DNA from: an uncultured Pseudomonadota bacterium | Lineage (GTDB): Bacteria; Vulcanimicrobiota; Vulcanimicrobiia; Eremiobacterales; Eremiobacteraceae | Assembly: GCA_963736005.1 (NCBI GenBank) | Contig: CAVTNB010000001.1 | Location: 352,001-416,000 of the forward strand | DNA: 64,000 bases | Reading direction: 5' to 3' | Shown: positions 38,971 through 47,664 of the stretch, in pieces | Layout of the letters: every line of letters begins with the position of its first letter | Numbering within the stretch: position 1 is the stretch's first letter | Notes under the pieces: generated by a model | Seen by the model: the letters and a program-made list of their open reading frames with translations, nothing else | Told to the model about the DNA's origin: nothing | Database searches by the model: none | Position numbers and translations under genes: made by a program

Positions 38971-39003
38971 AGCCCCTGATTCACTTCAGGGGCTTTTTCT
39001 TTT
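38971..39003 (+). terminator. Intrinsic terminator
   Basis: AGCCCCTGA-TTCACT-TCAGGGGCT followed by a T-rich tract. Confidence 0.8.
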
Positions 39004-39150
39004 GGTGAGGTTGTCACCGCAGTTTCACAAAAACTGCCCGGATAGCAATAGATGCACCGGGCAGCTTTGATTCGGATCGCGTCACATTGACTTAATTCAG
39101 ATTTTGATTCAATTTGGATTTGATTCGAACTATATGTCCATCATACTCCT

Positions 39151-39187
39151 TAAGTCTGCAATAAGCAACAGAACTAAGTTTCGCCCA
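39151..39187 (+). repeat. 37-bp intergenic direct repeat, copy 1
   Basis: TAAGTCTGCAATAAGCAACAGAACTAAGTTTCGCCCA; 32/37 identical to 42152-42188. Confidence 0.8.
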
Positions 39188-39355
39188 CATGTAGAGACTC
39201 TTATGTATTACTGCCAATGGACCTGAGGGATCGTGCCTATGGCTCTAAGTGTACCGGTCGGAGGATGTCACCAGGCGGATACAAGCAAGAGATGCGCCAC
39301 ATCATAAGCGCAGTTGGATCGTGACTGCTTCTGTGGCGGTTTCTACGGCCCCTGA

Positions 39356-39802
39356 TCACAAGCCGGGAGCGCTTCTCCGATGGATGAGATTGTCCAGACT
39401 CCAGCGAGATGAGCCGGCAGCTGCGAGCATCATGGCGCCGGCGGACGCCGTGAATACGGAATATTGAAATGCGCCTCCAATCCCCGTGGCGATGCTGATC
39501 GTCAAAGCGAACACGAGCAAGAGAAAAGCGCTGATCCAAGCGGAGAACTTGGTCCATAAACCAACGATGAGGGTCAAACCGAGCGCCAGTTCCAGTGCCG
39601 TATCCACCCTTGCAAGGGCCGGAATCGACCAACGTGGCGCGTACCAGTTTAGGTTTGCAACATACGCGGTGAAGCGCGAGAAGGTTCCCCACGATACACC
39701 GTTTGCGCCGGCTCCGCCAAGAAGGCCAAACCGATCAGCAACCGAGTAAAGAAATGAAAAGCCGAGCGCCCAGCGCAAACACAACGAGGCGTAATCGCGC
39801 AT
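39356..39802 (-). CDS. DoxX-family membrane protein
   Basis: LRWALG..FL.SVADRFG...W..F..Y...LELALG pattern with four TM segments; AAGGAGG RBS. Confidence 0.8.
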   Translation of the reverse strand: MRDYASLCLRWALGFSFLYSVADRFGLLGGAGANGVSWGTFSRFTAYVANLNWYAPRWSIPALARVDTALELALGLTLIVGLWTKFSAWISAFLLLVFALTISIATGIGGAFQYSVFTASAGAMMLAAAGSSRWSLDNLIHRRSAPGL

Positions 39803-39840
39803 GTTGATACCTCCTTATGTATTTGGTAGCATAACATTAT

Positions 39841-40446
39841 ATGAAACTGGTTAAGCTGCAAGAAACCAAGTCAACGATTCGCTTCAGTGCCAAGTTGTTT
39901 CGGCCCAAGGCAACCGAAAAGATTGGATCGTGGACCCTTCTAACTCTGCCCAAGAACGCGAGTGCGAAGCTTCCATCACGAGGTATGACGATGGTTGAGG
40001 GAACTATCAATGGCCTTCCCTTTTCGAGCCGCTCTCGAACCAAACGGCAAAGGAAGTCACTGGCTCAGGGTTAACAAAGCCATGCGCGATGCCGCAGGCG
40101 CAGAGCTGGAGACACGGTAACGGTGGAGATTACGCGGGCCGGAGAAGAACCGGAGATCAGGGTGCCAATGGATCTACGCAAAGCCCTTGCAGCTGCCCCG
40201 CTGGCGCAGGCAGGGTGGGAGGACATCACACCAATGGCGCGCCGGGACTGGGTTTTCTCGATAAGCTCGGCCAAGCAACTGGAAACGCGCAGGCGCCGGA
40301 TCGAGAAAGCGTGCGACATGCTTGCATCTGGAAAGCGACGATTATGTTGTTTCCCAGGTATAAAGTGGCTTATGAAAAAAAACGCAAAATCATGCGGATT
40401 GTGGCTTCCGTTGCCGAGCTCAAAAGATCGACGACCACTTATCTGA
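39841..40446 (+). pseudogene. DUF1905 plus YdeI/OmpD-associated domain protein with two frameshifts
   Basis: LPSRG...VEGTING.PF | RAALEPNGKGSHWLRV | GDTVTVEI...VPMDLRKAL...W..ITP.ARRDW...SAKQ.ETR.RRI; shifts near 40021 and 40103. Confidence 0.75.
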
Positions 40447-40721
40447 CCACTTACGCACCGTTAATTAATGTAAATTGACGAAAGGCGCACAAACCGCTGT
40501 TACGATGAGGCGCAACCGGAGGGTCGTCATGCGAGTTTGGATCTGCCTGTCGATCGCCGCGGTACTTGTGCTAACGACTGTAAAGTAGGGATGCAGCCAA
40601 ATAGCGCCGGTCAGCGCGTCAATTATCTGGAAATCTATGAAACGGACGTTTTGGCGAACGAAATGCAGCCTGTGTTGAAGTATGGAGCGTCTCTGTTCAA
40701 CCGAAAATGAAATAAAAGTCG

Positions 40722-41597
40722 CTAACCGGAACTACGAATGACCGCAGCCGGCGTCATGCCAATAACCCGGCGCATGCATCGAGCCATGTGGCTTTGATCA
40801 GCAAAACCAGCCTGGAGGGCCACTTCGCTCAACTTGGTGTTGCCGCGCGACAACAGCCCCATCGCATGCTTGACGCGTTGTTGAACAATATATTTGTGAA
40901 CTGGCAAACCAACACTCTGCTTAAAGAGAACTTTGAAATGCGACATACTGCCCCCAGCAATGGCTGCGACCTCGGCAAGCGAGAGATTCTTTTGAAGATT
41001 ACCGTTGATGTAGTCGATCACGTTGTGCAACTGCCGGCGCGTGAGGCCTCTTTTTGGTGTGCCGAAAATGCCGCGGCCATAGCGTCGTAGTAAATGCACG
41101 GCAAGGGCTATGCCGAGGCCCTCGGCATAAATGCGATCGTAGGGCTCATTTGATTCTAGTTCGGCCTTGAGCGCCCAGCCCACATGCTCGATTAAGGGAT
41201 CTCGCACCTGTAGCCGCGGCTCGACTGAGACCGCATCGGGATTGAGATCCGTACCGCGCGCCGCGACTCCTAAGAGTGCTGGTGTCAAAGACACGGCGAG
41301 CATCGTCGACGGTCCATCCTCTTCCCAGATAGCTGACGTACCCATTGGAATTATGTCTATATCGCCTGCTGTGGCTCTGCGCCGTGACACCAGCGTCCCC
41401 CAACGGCAGGAGGAGTTCATTGCGTCGCCTACCTGCATAATGATGCAGTGACCAGGCGCCGGAACTCCCTGCCTGTAGCCACCAGATGAGTCAAAAATTC
41501 TCGCGTGGAACCACGACCACAAACGCTGGTTACTCGACTCTCGCTCAATGAACTGCATCAGGCCGTCAATGGGCTCGAGCTGTCTTAGCTCTTCCAT
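40722..41597 (-). CDS. AraC-family transcriptional regulator
   Basis: LSLAEVA...SHF..LFKQSVG...VALQAGFADQSH double-HTH pattern. Confidence 0.93.
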   Translation of the reverse strand: MEELRQLEPIDGLMQFIERESSNQRLWSWFHARIFDSSGGYRQGVPAPGHCIIMQVGDAMNSSCRWGTLVSRRRATAGDIDIIPMGTSAIWEEDGPSTMLAVSLTPALLGVAARGTDLNPDAVSVEPRLQVRDPLIEHVGWALKAELESNEPYDRIYAEGLGIALAVHLLRRYGRGIFGTPKRGLTRRQLHNVIDYINGNLQKNLSLAEVAAIAGGSMSHFKVLFKQSVGLPVHKYIVQQRVKHAMGLLSRGNTKLSEVALQAGFADQSHMARCMRRVIGMTPAAVIRSSG

Positions 41598-41715
41598 GGG
41601 AGCTTAATTATACCACGCCCGTGCCATTTTTCCTGAGGCGCGGCTGAGTAGCGGCAGAATCTCCGCCCGTTTGGACTCAATGTCAGCCAAACGTGCGAGA
41701 CAGGCGGATAATTTG

Positions 41716-42120
41716 CTAACGCGATCTCGAACTGAAACCTGCATAGGTTAGGTAGATGCCCAGGATAAGCGCAAACGCGGCATCCACGTAGAAGTACTGT
41801 TCGTAGGCAGAGCCCCAGATCAGGATTCCTACAGCTGTCGGCGGCGGCAGGAACAAGAAGAGCAAGCCTTTAGCCAGCGTTAACCAACCGATGAGGGTAA
41901 TGATGACCGGAAGTGCGCCACCCGACCAGATGTTGTGGCTCAGGATCAACGCCAGGCCAGCGGCCACCACTATCAAACCGAAGACGTAGAGCACGGGCGC
42001 GTTGTGAACTAGGTCTATCACAGTCTGCAGGGTTGCCTGCTTGTGTACGATCATTGCGAGTGCGATCAGAATGCAATATATACCGATTAACTTACCGAGG
42101 AATGCTGTACGCGCGGACAT
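41716..42120 (-). CDS. Hypothetical four-TM membrane protein
   Basis: GAGGAGG RBS; hydrophobic segments with HNIW and GWLTLAKG. Confidence 0.8.
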   Translation of the reverse strand: MSARTAFLGKLIGIYCILIALAMIVHKQATLQTVIDLVHNAPVLYVFGLIVVAAGLALILSHNIWSGGALPVIITLIGWLTLAKGLLFLFLPPPTAVGILIWGSAYEQYFYVDAAFALILGIYLTYAGFSSRSR

Positions 42121-42151
42121 TGTGTCCTCCTCTTTAGCTCCGCTATCTTTC

Positions 42152-42188
42152 TAAATCTGCAATAAGCAACATAGCTAATCTTCGCCCA
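42152..42188 (+). repeat. 37-bp intergenic direct repeat, copy 2
   Basis: TAAATCTGCAATAAGCAACATAGCTAATCTTCGCCCA. Confidence 0.8.
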
Positions 42189-42286
42189 ATTCTTAGACGC
42201 CCGAAGAGGCCCCTATGTAACTCGGAGCATGAATAACTTCAGGTTCAGCGGAACCCCGCGACCAACTTTGTCGTTCGGAGGTCGCT

Positions 42287-42886
42287 ATGTCACTCGAGCT
42301 CACTAACAATTTGGGCACCGTCACAACGGTTGTCATCGTCGCCGCAGCCGCCCTCGCTGGGCTTGTGCAATTACGGCATTTGCGCGCTGGAAATCAAATC
42401 AACGCCATGCTTACTATTGGTGAAGAACTTAGCTGAAAGGCCTTCAACGATGCGGATACCCTGACTTCTCAGAAGCTCCAAGCGGCGCTCAACGACCCGG
42501 TATATCGCGACTACGAAATCGCCAGGGGTCGCGGTCTCGTGTCACCCGAGGTGAGTCAGGAGTATGTGGAATTGCGCCGCGCAGCGCTCCTCGTCGGAAA
42601 TGCTTACGAAGAGCTTGGAGTTCTGGTTAAGAACGGCATTATCGACAAGAGTCTTTTTCTCGATCGCTACGCCTGGAGAATCTTGAGTGACTGGAGACTG
42701 CTTGAAAAATTGACCGCTCTTTCCCGAGAAGCAACGCAACAAGAGGGCGTCTGGGAGAATTTCGAATATGTAGCGGTGCTCTCTGAGGATTGGTTAGAGC
42801 GCAAGCACAGTACATACCCAAAGGGAATGCGGCGGATGCAACTTACAAACCCATGGCCCGTGGCGCCTCTACCCGCGACTGCCTGA
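42287..42886 (+). pseudogene. DUF4760-like membrane-anchored protein interrupted by one in-frame TGA (42434-42436)
   Basis: GGAGG RBS; MSLELTNN...AALAGLVQLRHLRAGNQ...ELS*KAF...GNAYEELGVLVKNGIID...WENFEY all in one frame. Confidence 0.7.
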
Positions 42887-42933
42887 GGGAGGGATCATCA
42901 GAACGGCACAGGTGCGAAGTTCTACCTTATGGG

Positions 42934-43161
42934 TCAGACAGGCTGGCGGCGGCGGGGAAGCTTCCTTCTTACGGGCGATCCTTGCTTGTGCTGAATAGCA
43001 TCAGACCAAATTAGAGCAGCGCGATCTTCCGTCTCGAACCCACACGAGTCGCACCGATAATACTGGACAGTGTGCTTGGGGCTCGGCGGCCAGAGTCGCA
43101 TGGTCGAGGACCTATGGCACTTTGGACAAGCTGCGTTGACGTAGCGAGGGCTATTTTCCAT
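42934..43161 (-). CDS. Small zinc-ribbon-like protein
   Basis: CPKC and YRCDSCG pairs; AGGTG before the ATG. Confidence 0.45.
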   Translation of the reverse strand: MENSPRYVNAACPKCHRSSTMRLWPPSPKHTVQYYRCDSCGFETEDRAALIWSDAIQHKQGSPVRRKLPRRRQPV

Positions 43162-43268
43162 AACACCTATTTACTTCGACGAGGTCGTCGCCATGGCCTA
43201 CGACACAATACGACTTAGCGCCAATTATTGAAGCATTTGACCGGCGAGATAACCCGCGTCAGATGACC

Positions 43269-43829
43269 TTAAGTGCGGTCAGTCTTGCGGCGCCCAATAA
43301 ACGTGAAGGCCATTGCATCGGAACCGAGGCCATCGGCGAAGTATGCATGATCTCGATAGGCTACTTCCTCAAAATGGCTGCGCAGTGTCTCAAGCATGAC
43401 GTCCGAACGGTGGAGATGCTTGCGCTCAGCTCTCCAAACGCGCATCTCTGCCTCCCATGTATCGGACCATTGCGCGCGGGCTTGGTTTGCTTCAAGACGC
43501 TCCCAACCATAGTCATCGATCACGACAACTCCCTGAGGTTCGAGCAGACGATGCATTTTTCTGAGGATTGCCTGGAGATTGGGTAAGTGATGAAGCACGA
43601 GACTGGCAACGATACATGCAAATCGCATGTCTTTTGCCTCCCATGCTTGGAAATCGGTAACGATGGTATGCAAGGTGGAGCGCTGCTCTATATCGACTGC
43701 AGTTACATGGTAGCCCATGGTCCCGAGAAGCCGTGAAAGGTGGCCTTCGCCTGGACCGATTTCAAGAAGCTTGGAGCCGGCCGGTACACGCGTTGTAATC
43801 TCTTGAGCGACCGCAGCACTGCGCAGCAT
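43269..43829 (-). CDS. Class I SAM-dependent methyltransferase
   Basis: LLEIGPGEG, VTAVD, SLVLHHL and LLEPQG motifs. Confidence 0.85.
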   Translation of the reverse strand: MLRSAAVAQEITTRVPAGSKLLEIGPGEGHLSRLLGTMGYHVTAVDIEQRSTLHTIVTDFQAWEAKDMRFACIVASLVLHHLPNLQAILRKMHRLLEPQGVVVIDDYGWERLEANQARAQWSDTWEAEMRVWRAERKHLHRSDVMLETLRSHFEEVAYRDHAYFADGLGSDAMAFTFIGRRKTDRT

Positions 43830-43995
43830 GACTGATTTAATACGAGCGTCATTAGCGCATGCCCCGTTTTTCTACTTCAAACCCGCGGAAGTATCGTTTG
43901 GCATGGATCTCAAACTAGTCAACCACAGAGAAAGAGCTCGATGCCCAGAGCACGGAAATCGACGTGATGTCTAAATGGTTGGAACAGCCGATGCG

Positions 43996-44763
43996 ATGAA
44001 GCACGCGCTTACGCGCCGGCCCGGCAATAATTTTGCCGATGGTTTGACAACGGCTGGGCTCGGTAAACCCGATTTCGACAAGGCTTTGCAGCAGCACAAG
44101 CGTTACTGCGAGGCATTGAAGACGTGCGGCGTTCAAGTTCTTGTGCTCGACGCCGACCTGCGATATCCGGATTCCACATTTGTCGAAGACGCTGCTGTTC
44201 TCGCTGGCTCGCGCGCGATTATCACCAGGCCCGGCGCCGTTAGCCGCCAAGGTGAGACGGCGGAGATTCGCTCCGTGCTAGCGCGCTTCTTCAGCACAAT
44301 GAACGACATCGTCCACCCGGGCACGGTTGACGGGGGCGATGTCTGCGAAGCCGGCGGGCACGTGTTCATTGGCATTTCGCATCGGACCAACGAGGAAGGC
44401 GCGCGCCAACTTTCGCAGTTTCTCGCGGCAGACGGGCTGAGCTCGTCATTTGTCGACATCCGCAAACTGCAAGGCCTGTTGCACTTTACCAGCGGGATGT
44501 CGTACGTCGGCAATCGCCTCATCGTTGCCATTGGCGAGCTCGCGAAGGAAAAAGCGTTTCGCGATTACGATGTCATCCTGGTCGATCCGGACGAAGGCTA
44601 CGCCGCCAATTGCGTGGCAGTAAACGGCCATGTGCTGGTAGCGGCAGGATGTCCGCGACTCGCTGGATCGTTAGAGCGTCGCGGTCTGGTGATCGAGCCG
44701 CTCGACATGTCTGAGTTCCGTAAAATGGACGGCGCGTTAAGCTGCCTGTCGCTCCGATTCTAA
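43996..44763 (+). CDS. Dimethylarginine dimethylaminohydrolase (DDAH) family
   Basis: PDSTFVED, SRQGE, DGGDV, RTNEEGA, YAANC and EFRKMDGALSCLSLRF motifs. Confidence 0.92.
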   Translation: MKHALTRRPGNNFADGLTTAGLGKPDFDKALQQHKRYCEALKTCGVQVLVLDADLRYPDSTFVEDAAVLAGSRAIITRPGAVSRQGETAEIRSVLARFFSTMNDIVHPGTVDGGDVCEAGGHVFIGISHRTNEEGARQLSQFLAADGLSSSFVDIRKLQGLLHFTSGMSYVGNRLIVAIGELAKEKAFRDYDVILVDPDEGYAANCVAVNGHVLVAAGCPRLAGSLERRGLVIEPLDMSEFRKMDGALSCLSLRF

Positions 44764-44767
44764 CTCG

Positions 44768-45595
44768 CTAGAATAAGTATTGCTTCATGCAATAGACGCT
44801 TCCGCCGGACTTGCGGAATTCACCCGTGTCCACCGCACATACATCGAAGCTAAGTGATCTCAACAGCGTAATCGTGTTGTGTGCCGCACGGTCAATGATG
44901 ATTGAACCATTGCCGCCCGCAGCGGCGTTTGCAGCCATGGACAGCGCCTCTGACGAGTCGATTCGCAGCAGCCGCTTGAAGCGTCGTTGTAGTTCGTCGA
45001 GCCCAGCCTGCTCGAACGCTTCAGCAACGACGAGCGCGGTGTTGGCATCAAGAGCGCAAAGCGCCGTATCGAGGTGGTAGAAGCGCTCGTCGATCAGCCG
45101 CAGAGGCACAATTTCCGCCTCGAAGACCCGTTCGAGAACTGGATGCGAGGAGGCGTCGGAGCGCCATCCATAGCCAGCATACAGGACGTGATGCCCGGGG
45201 TGCCAGACCGCGTCTCCGCCGCCCTCGAACCAAACTGTGGGCGGCATCGTCGTGTCTACGGCATAGCCGAGTTGCGTGAGGCGCTCGACGATCGCCGGAA
45301 CTTCGATACTGCGCGATGGGTATTTCATGCGGCTCGCGACGGCCACCCTGTCGCCGCGGCGGTTGAGACCGGCCAGCGCTGGGTTCGCAGAAAACACCAT
45401 ATCCTCGGCGTCGTGCAGCGGAACATATTCGTGCACTTGCAATCCGGTCGCCTCGAACGCGCGCCGAACCGTCAGCCATTGGTCGTGCGCTTTTGTGCGA
45501 TCGACCGGCGTTTCCATCGTCATGAACGGATTCTTGCGGTCGATGACGTCGAAATACGTGGGCGGACAGAGCAAGACACCGCTCGGATAACCCAT
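44768..45595 (-). CDS. Amidinotransferase/arginine-deiminase superfamily protein
   Basis: LLCPPTYF...NPFM, DMVFSAN, FEGGGD, FYHLDT and EFRKSGGSVYCM motifs. Confidence 0.9.
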   Translation of the reverse strand: MGYPSGVLLCPPTYFDVIDRKNPFMTMETPVDRTKAHDQWLTVRRAFEATGLQVHEYVPLHDAEDMVFSANPALAGLNRRGDRVAVASRMKYPSRSIEVPAIVERLTQLGYAVDTTMPPTVWFEGGGDAVWHPGHHVLYAGYGWRSDASSHPVLERVFEAEIVPLRLIDERFYHLDTALCALDANTALVVAEAFEQAGLDELQRRFKRLLRIDSSEALSMAANAAAGGNGSIIIDRAAHNTITLLRSLSFDVCAVDTGEFRKSGGSVYCMKQYLF

Positions 45596-45651
45596 GGGCG
45601 TGACCACGGCGTTTGATTTACCGATAGGGCCAGTGTTCTCCCGTAGTTGCC

Positions 45652-46773
45652 CTACGACGATGTGGGAATCATACGACCAGTTGGCGATCCGATCTTTGCG
45701 TCTGACTGGTACGGACAATGCCGACATCCTTTGCCGCAGCAAACGCCCCGGCGAATCAAAAAATCTGCAGTGAAGACCTCATAACCAGTGGCGGGATCGG
45801 TGTAGCTATCGAGATGCTGGGCACGCGCGTCCGCGTGCACGCGCTGAATGATCGCTGCTGCCCTTAGCTCAGAGTAACTTTGCCACGCTTCCCCACGGCG
45901 CTTGATATCCTGCCCGTGTAGGATCTCCGCCAATATCTCCACGGTGTCTGCGATCATGGGCCCGGAACGGTTGAAGTATTTGTTCCCATCGGCAAGTGCA
46001 ACTTTGCCTTCACTGACCGCGCGAAGTTCGTCCCATCCGGGAAGCGCTTCAAGGAACGACACTTCGCGTGTCGTTCTTTCCAACCCAAAGCCGCATGGGG
46101 CAATGATGAGAAACTCCGGATCTGCGTCTCGCACGTCTTGCCAGGAAACTGGTTTCGAGAACCCACTCTTGTCGCCCAAGACAAGTTCTCCGTTTGCTGC
46201 CTCGACCAGTTCCGGACCCCAGTTTCCCACCGCGAACGGTGGGTCAGTCCACTCGAGAACGACCACTTTCGGTGTCGGCTTGTGCCTCACGAGATGCCAG
46301 ACCGCATCGATGCGTGCTTTCATTGTGGCCACCAAAGCCTCGGAGGCCTGGTCCAAATACAGGGCACGACCAACCGCCAAGACGTCATCGTAAATACCGC
46401 TAACCGTCCCAGCCTGCAGAGCAATCATCTGGTCAGTGACAACGCAACCGTCGCGTTTTAGATCATTTGGTGTCACGGCACAGACGTCGCAATGTGCCTG
46501 AGTAATAAGAAGGTCCGGTTTGAGCATGTTGATGAGATCGGTGTTAATGTAATACAAAGGCTCGGCTGCTTCGAGCCGGCGCCGCACTTCTGCGTCAATG
46601 TCGCCGCTCGACACGCTGACGTCAAAGGCCGGATGTGTGCAGGCAGGCAGATTTGTGACCCACGCAGGGTTGTCGCACTCGTGCGAACGTCCTACGAGCA
46701 ACTCACCAGCGCCCAAACCGCACACAATCTCCGTGCCACTGGCTAGGAGTGAAACCACTCGCGTGTTCCGCAA
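45652..46773 (-). CDS. BtuF/Fe-siderophore-type binding protein fused to a C-terminal Cys-rich (DUF5522-like) domain
   Basis: RVVSLLASGTEIV, GRSHECD, TQAHCDVCAV, PCGFGL and YFNRSGP, then YTDPATGY.VFT...RG.CCGKGCRHCPY. Confidence 0.85.
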   Translation of the reverse strand: MRNTRVVSLLASGTEIVCGLGAGELLVGRSHECDNPAWVTNLPACTHPAFDVSVSSGDIDAEVRRRLEAAEPLYYINTDLINMLKPDLLITQAHCDVCAVTPNDLKRDGCVVTDQMIALQAGTVSGIYDDVLAVGRALYLDQASEALVATMKARIDAVWHLVRHKPTPKVVVLEWTDPPFAVGNWGPELVEAANGELVLGDKSGFSKPVSWQDVRDADPEFLIIAPCGFGLERTTREVSFLEALPGWDELRAVSEGKVALADGNKYFNRSGPMIADTVEILAEILHGQDIKRRGEAWQSYSELRAAAIIQRVHADARAQHLDSYTDPATGYEVFTADFLIRRGVCCGKGCRHCPYQSDAKIGSPTGRMIPTSS

Positions 46774-46986
46774 ATTACTTACCTATCTCAGGTGTTGGTC
46801 TGTGATATGATATAAAAACATGAGCAAGCGCTCCACTGGCCTCACCACTGTCGCGCCTCCTCACCCGACATGGATTACGCTGCGATCAAACGGCCTGCCT
46901 GCACCCAGGGCTGTTTCAAGAAATCGTCAATAGTATAAAGATGGACAACATCTCGCCGGTCAATCTCCAAGCCAAATTCGTCTCAT

Positions 46987-47533
46987 ATGAACACGCTTGA
47001 AGTACGACCCTTTTCTTCGAAGCGTCGATTACGAGCGCGTGGTGGACTACTTTCTCAATGCCAATCCCTCGTACTTGCGGGGCATGGGCGTCGACCCAAG
47101 CCTGCTCCCTGACAGAGACTCTTGGCTTCACACGCTCGTTGTCGACTTGGAACGAGACGACCGAGCGAAAAAAACCTGCTTTGTGGCATGGGTCTACAAT
47201 GCCGAATCGGTGGGCCACTCGTATATCAACAAGATAAAGTTCGGTAAGGAAGCATACATCCATTTGCACATCTGGAGGCCGGACCTGAGAAAGATCGGTA
47301 TCGGCACGGAGTTTTTCAAAAAATCTGCTCAACTGTTTGTTGACCGGTTCAAATTGAGGCGACTCGTGTGTGAACCCTTTGCGGAGAATCCTGCACCCAA
47401 TCGAGTCTTGCTCAAAGCAGGATTCAAGTTTATCCGCCGATATCGAACAGTACCGGTCCCCATTAGCGCAGAGATCGAAGTGAATAGATATATCCTGAGA
47501 GCGCAACCCTCCCCCGCAGGGGCTATCCCCTGA
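46987..47533 (+). CDS. GNAT acetyltransferase; probable frameshift near the 5' end
   Basis: HLHIWRPDLRKIGIG and CEPFAENPAPNRVLLKAGF motifs. MNTLEVRPF from ATG 46987 is out of frame with the body (track ORF 46997-47533). Confidence 0.75.
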
Positions 47534-47660
47534 TAGTCTTGACGTACTCGAACAAAGGCATGCCAAAAAAGTCACGCACCCGCCCGAGCGCCGAAATCCG
47601 CTTTTCTCGTAAAACCGCATCGCCCGTTTCAGTGGCGCTGTCGTGTAAAATTCTCTCAAG
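47523..47660 (-). pseudogene. 3' fragment of a GNAT acetyltransferase
   Basis: YTTAPLKRAMRFYEKSGFRRSG | RVRDFFGMPLFEYVKTIRG* across one frameshift; 5' part absent. Confidence 0.6.
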
Positions 47661-47664
47661 CTGA

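Noticed and set aside
37373..42104. Exact 15-bp repeat ACTTACCGAGGAATG at 37373 and 42090
   Set aside because: One copy is inside a CDS, and a couple of 15-mer matches are expected by chance in 64 kb.
42434..42436. Selenocysteine recoding of the in-frame TGA, given an SBP56 gene in the window
   Set aside because: No Cys/redox context or evident SECIS hairpin, and SBP56 is unrelated to Sec insertion.
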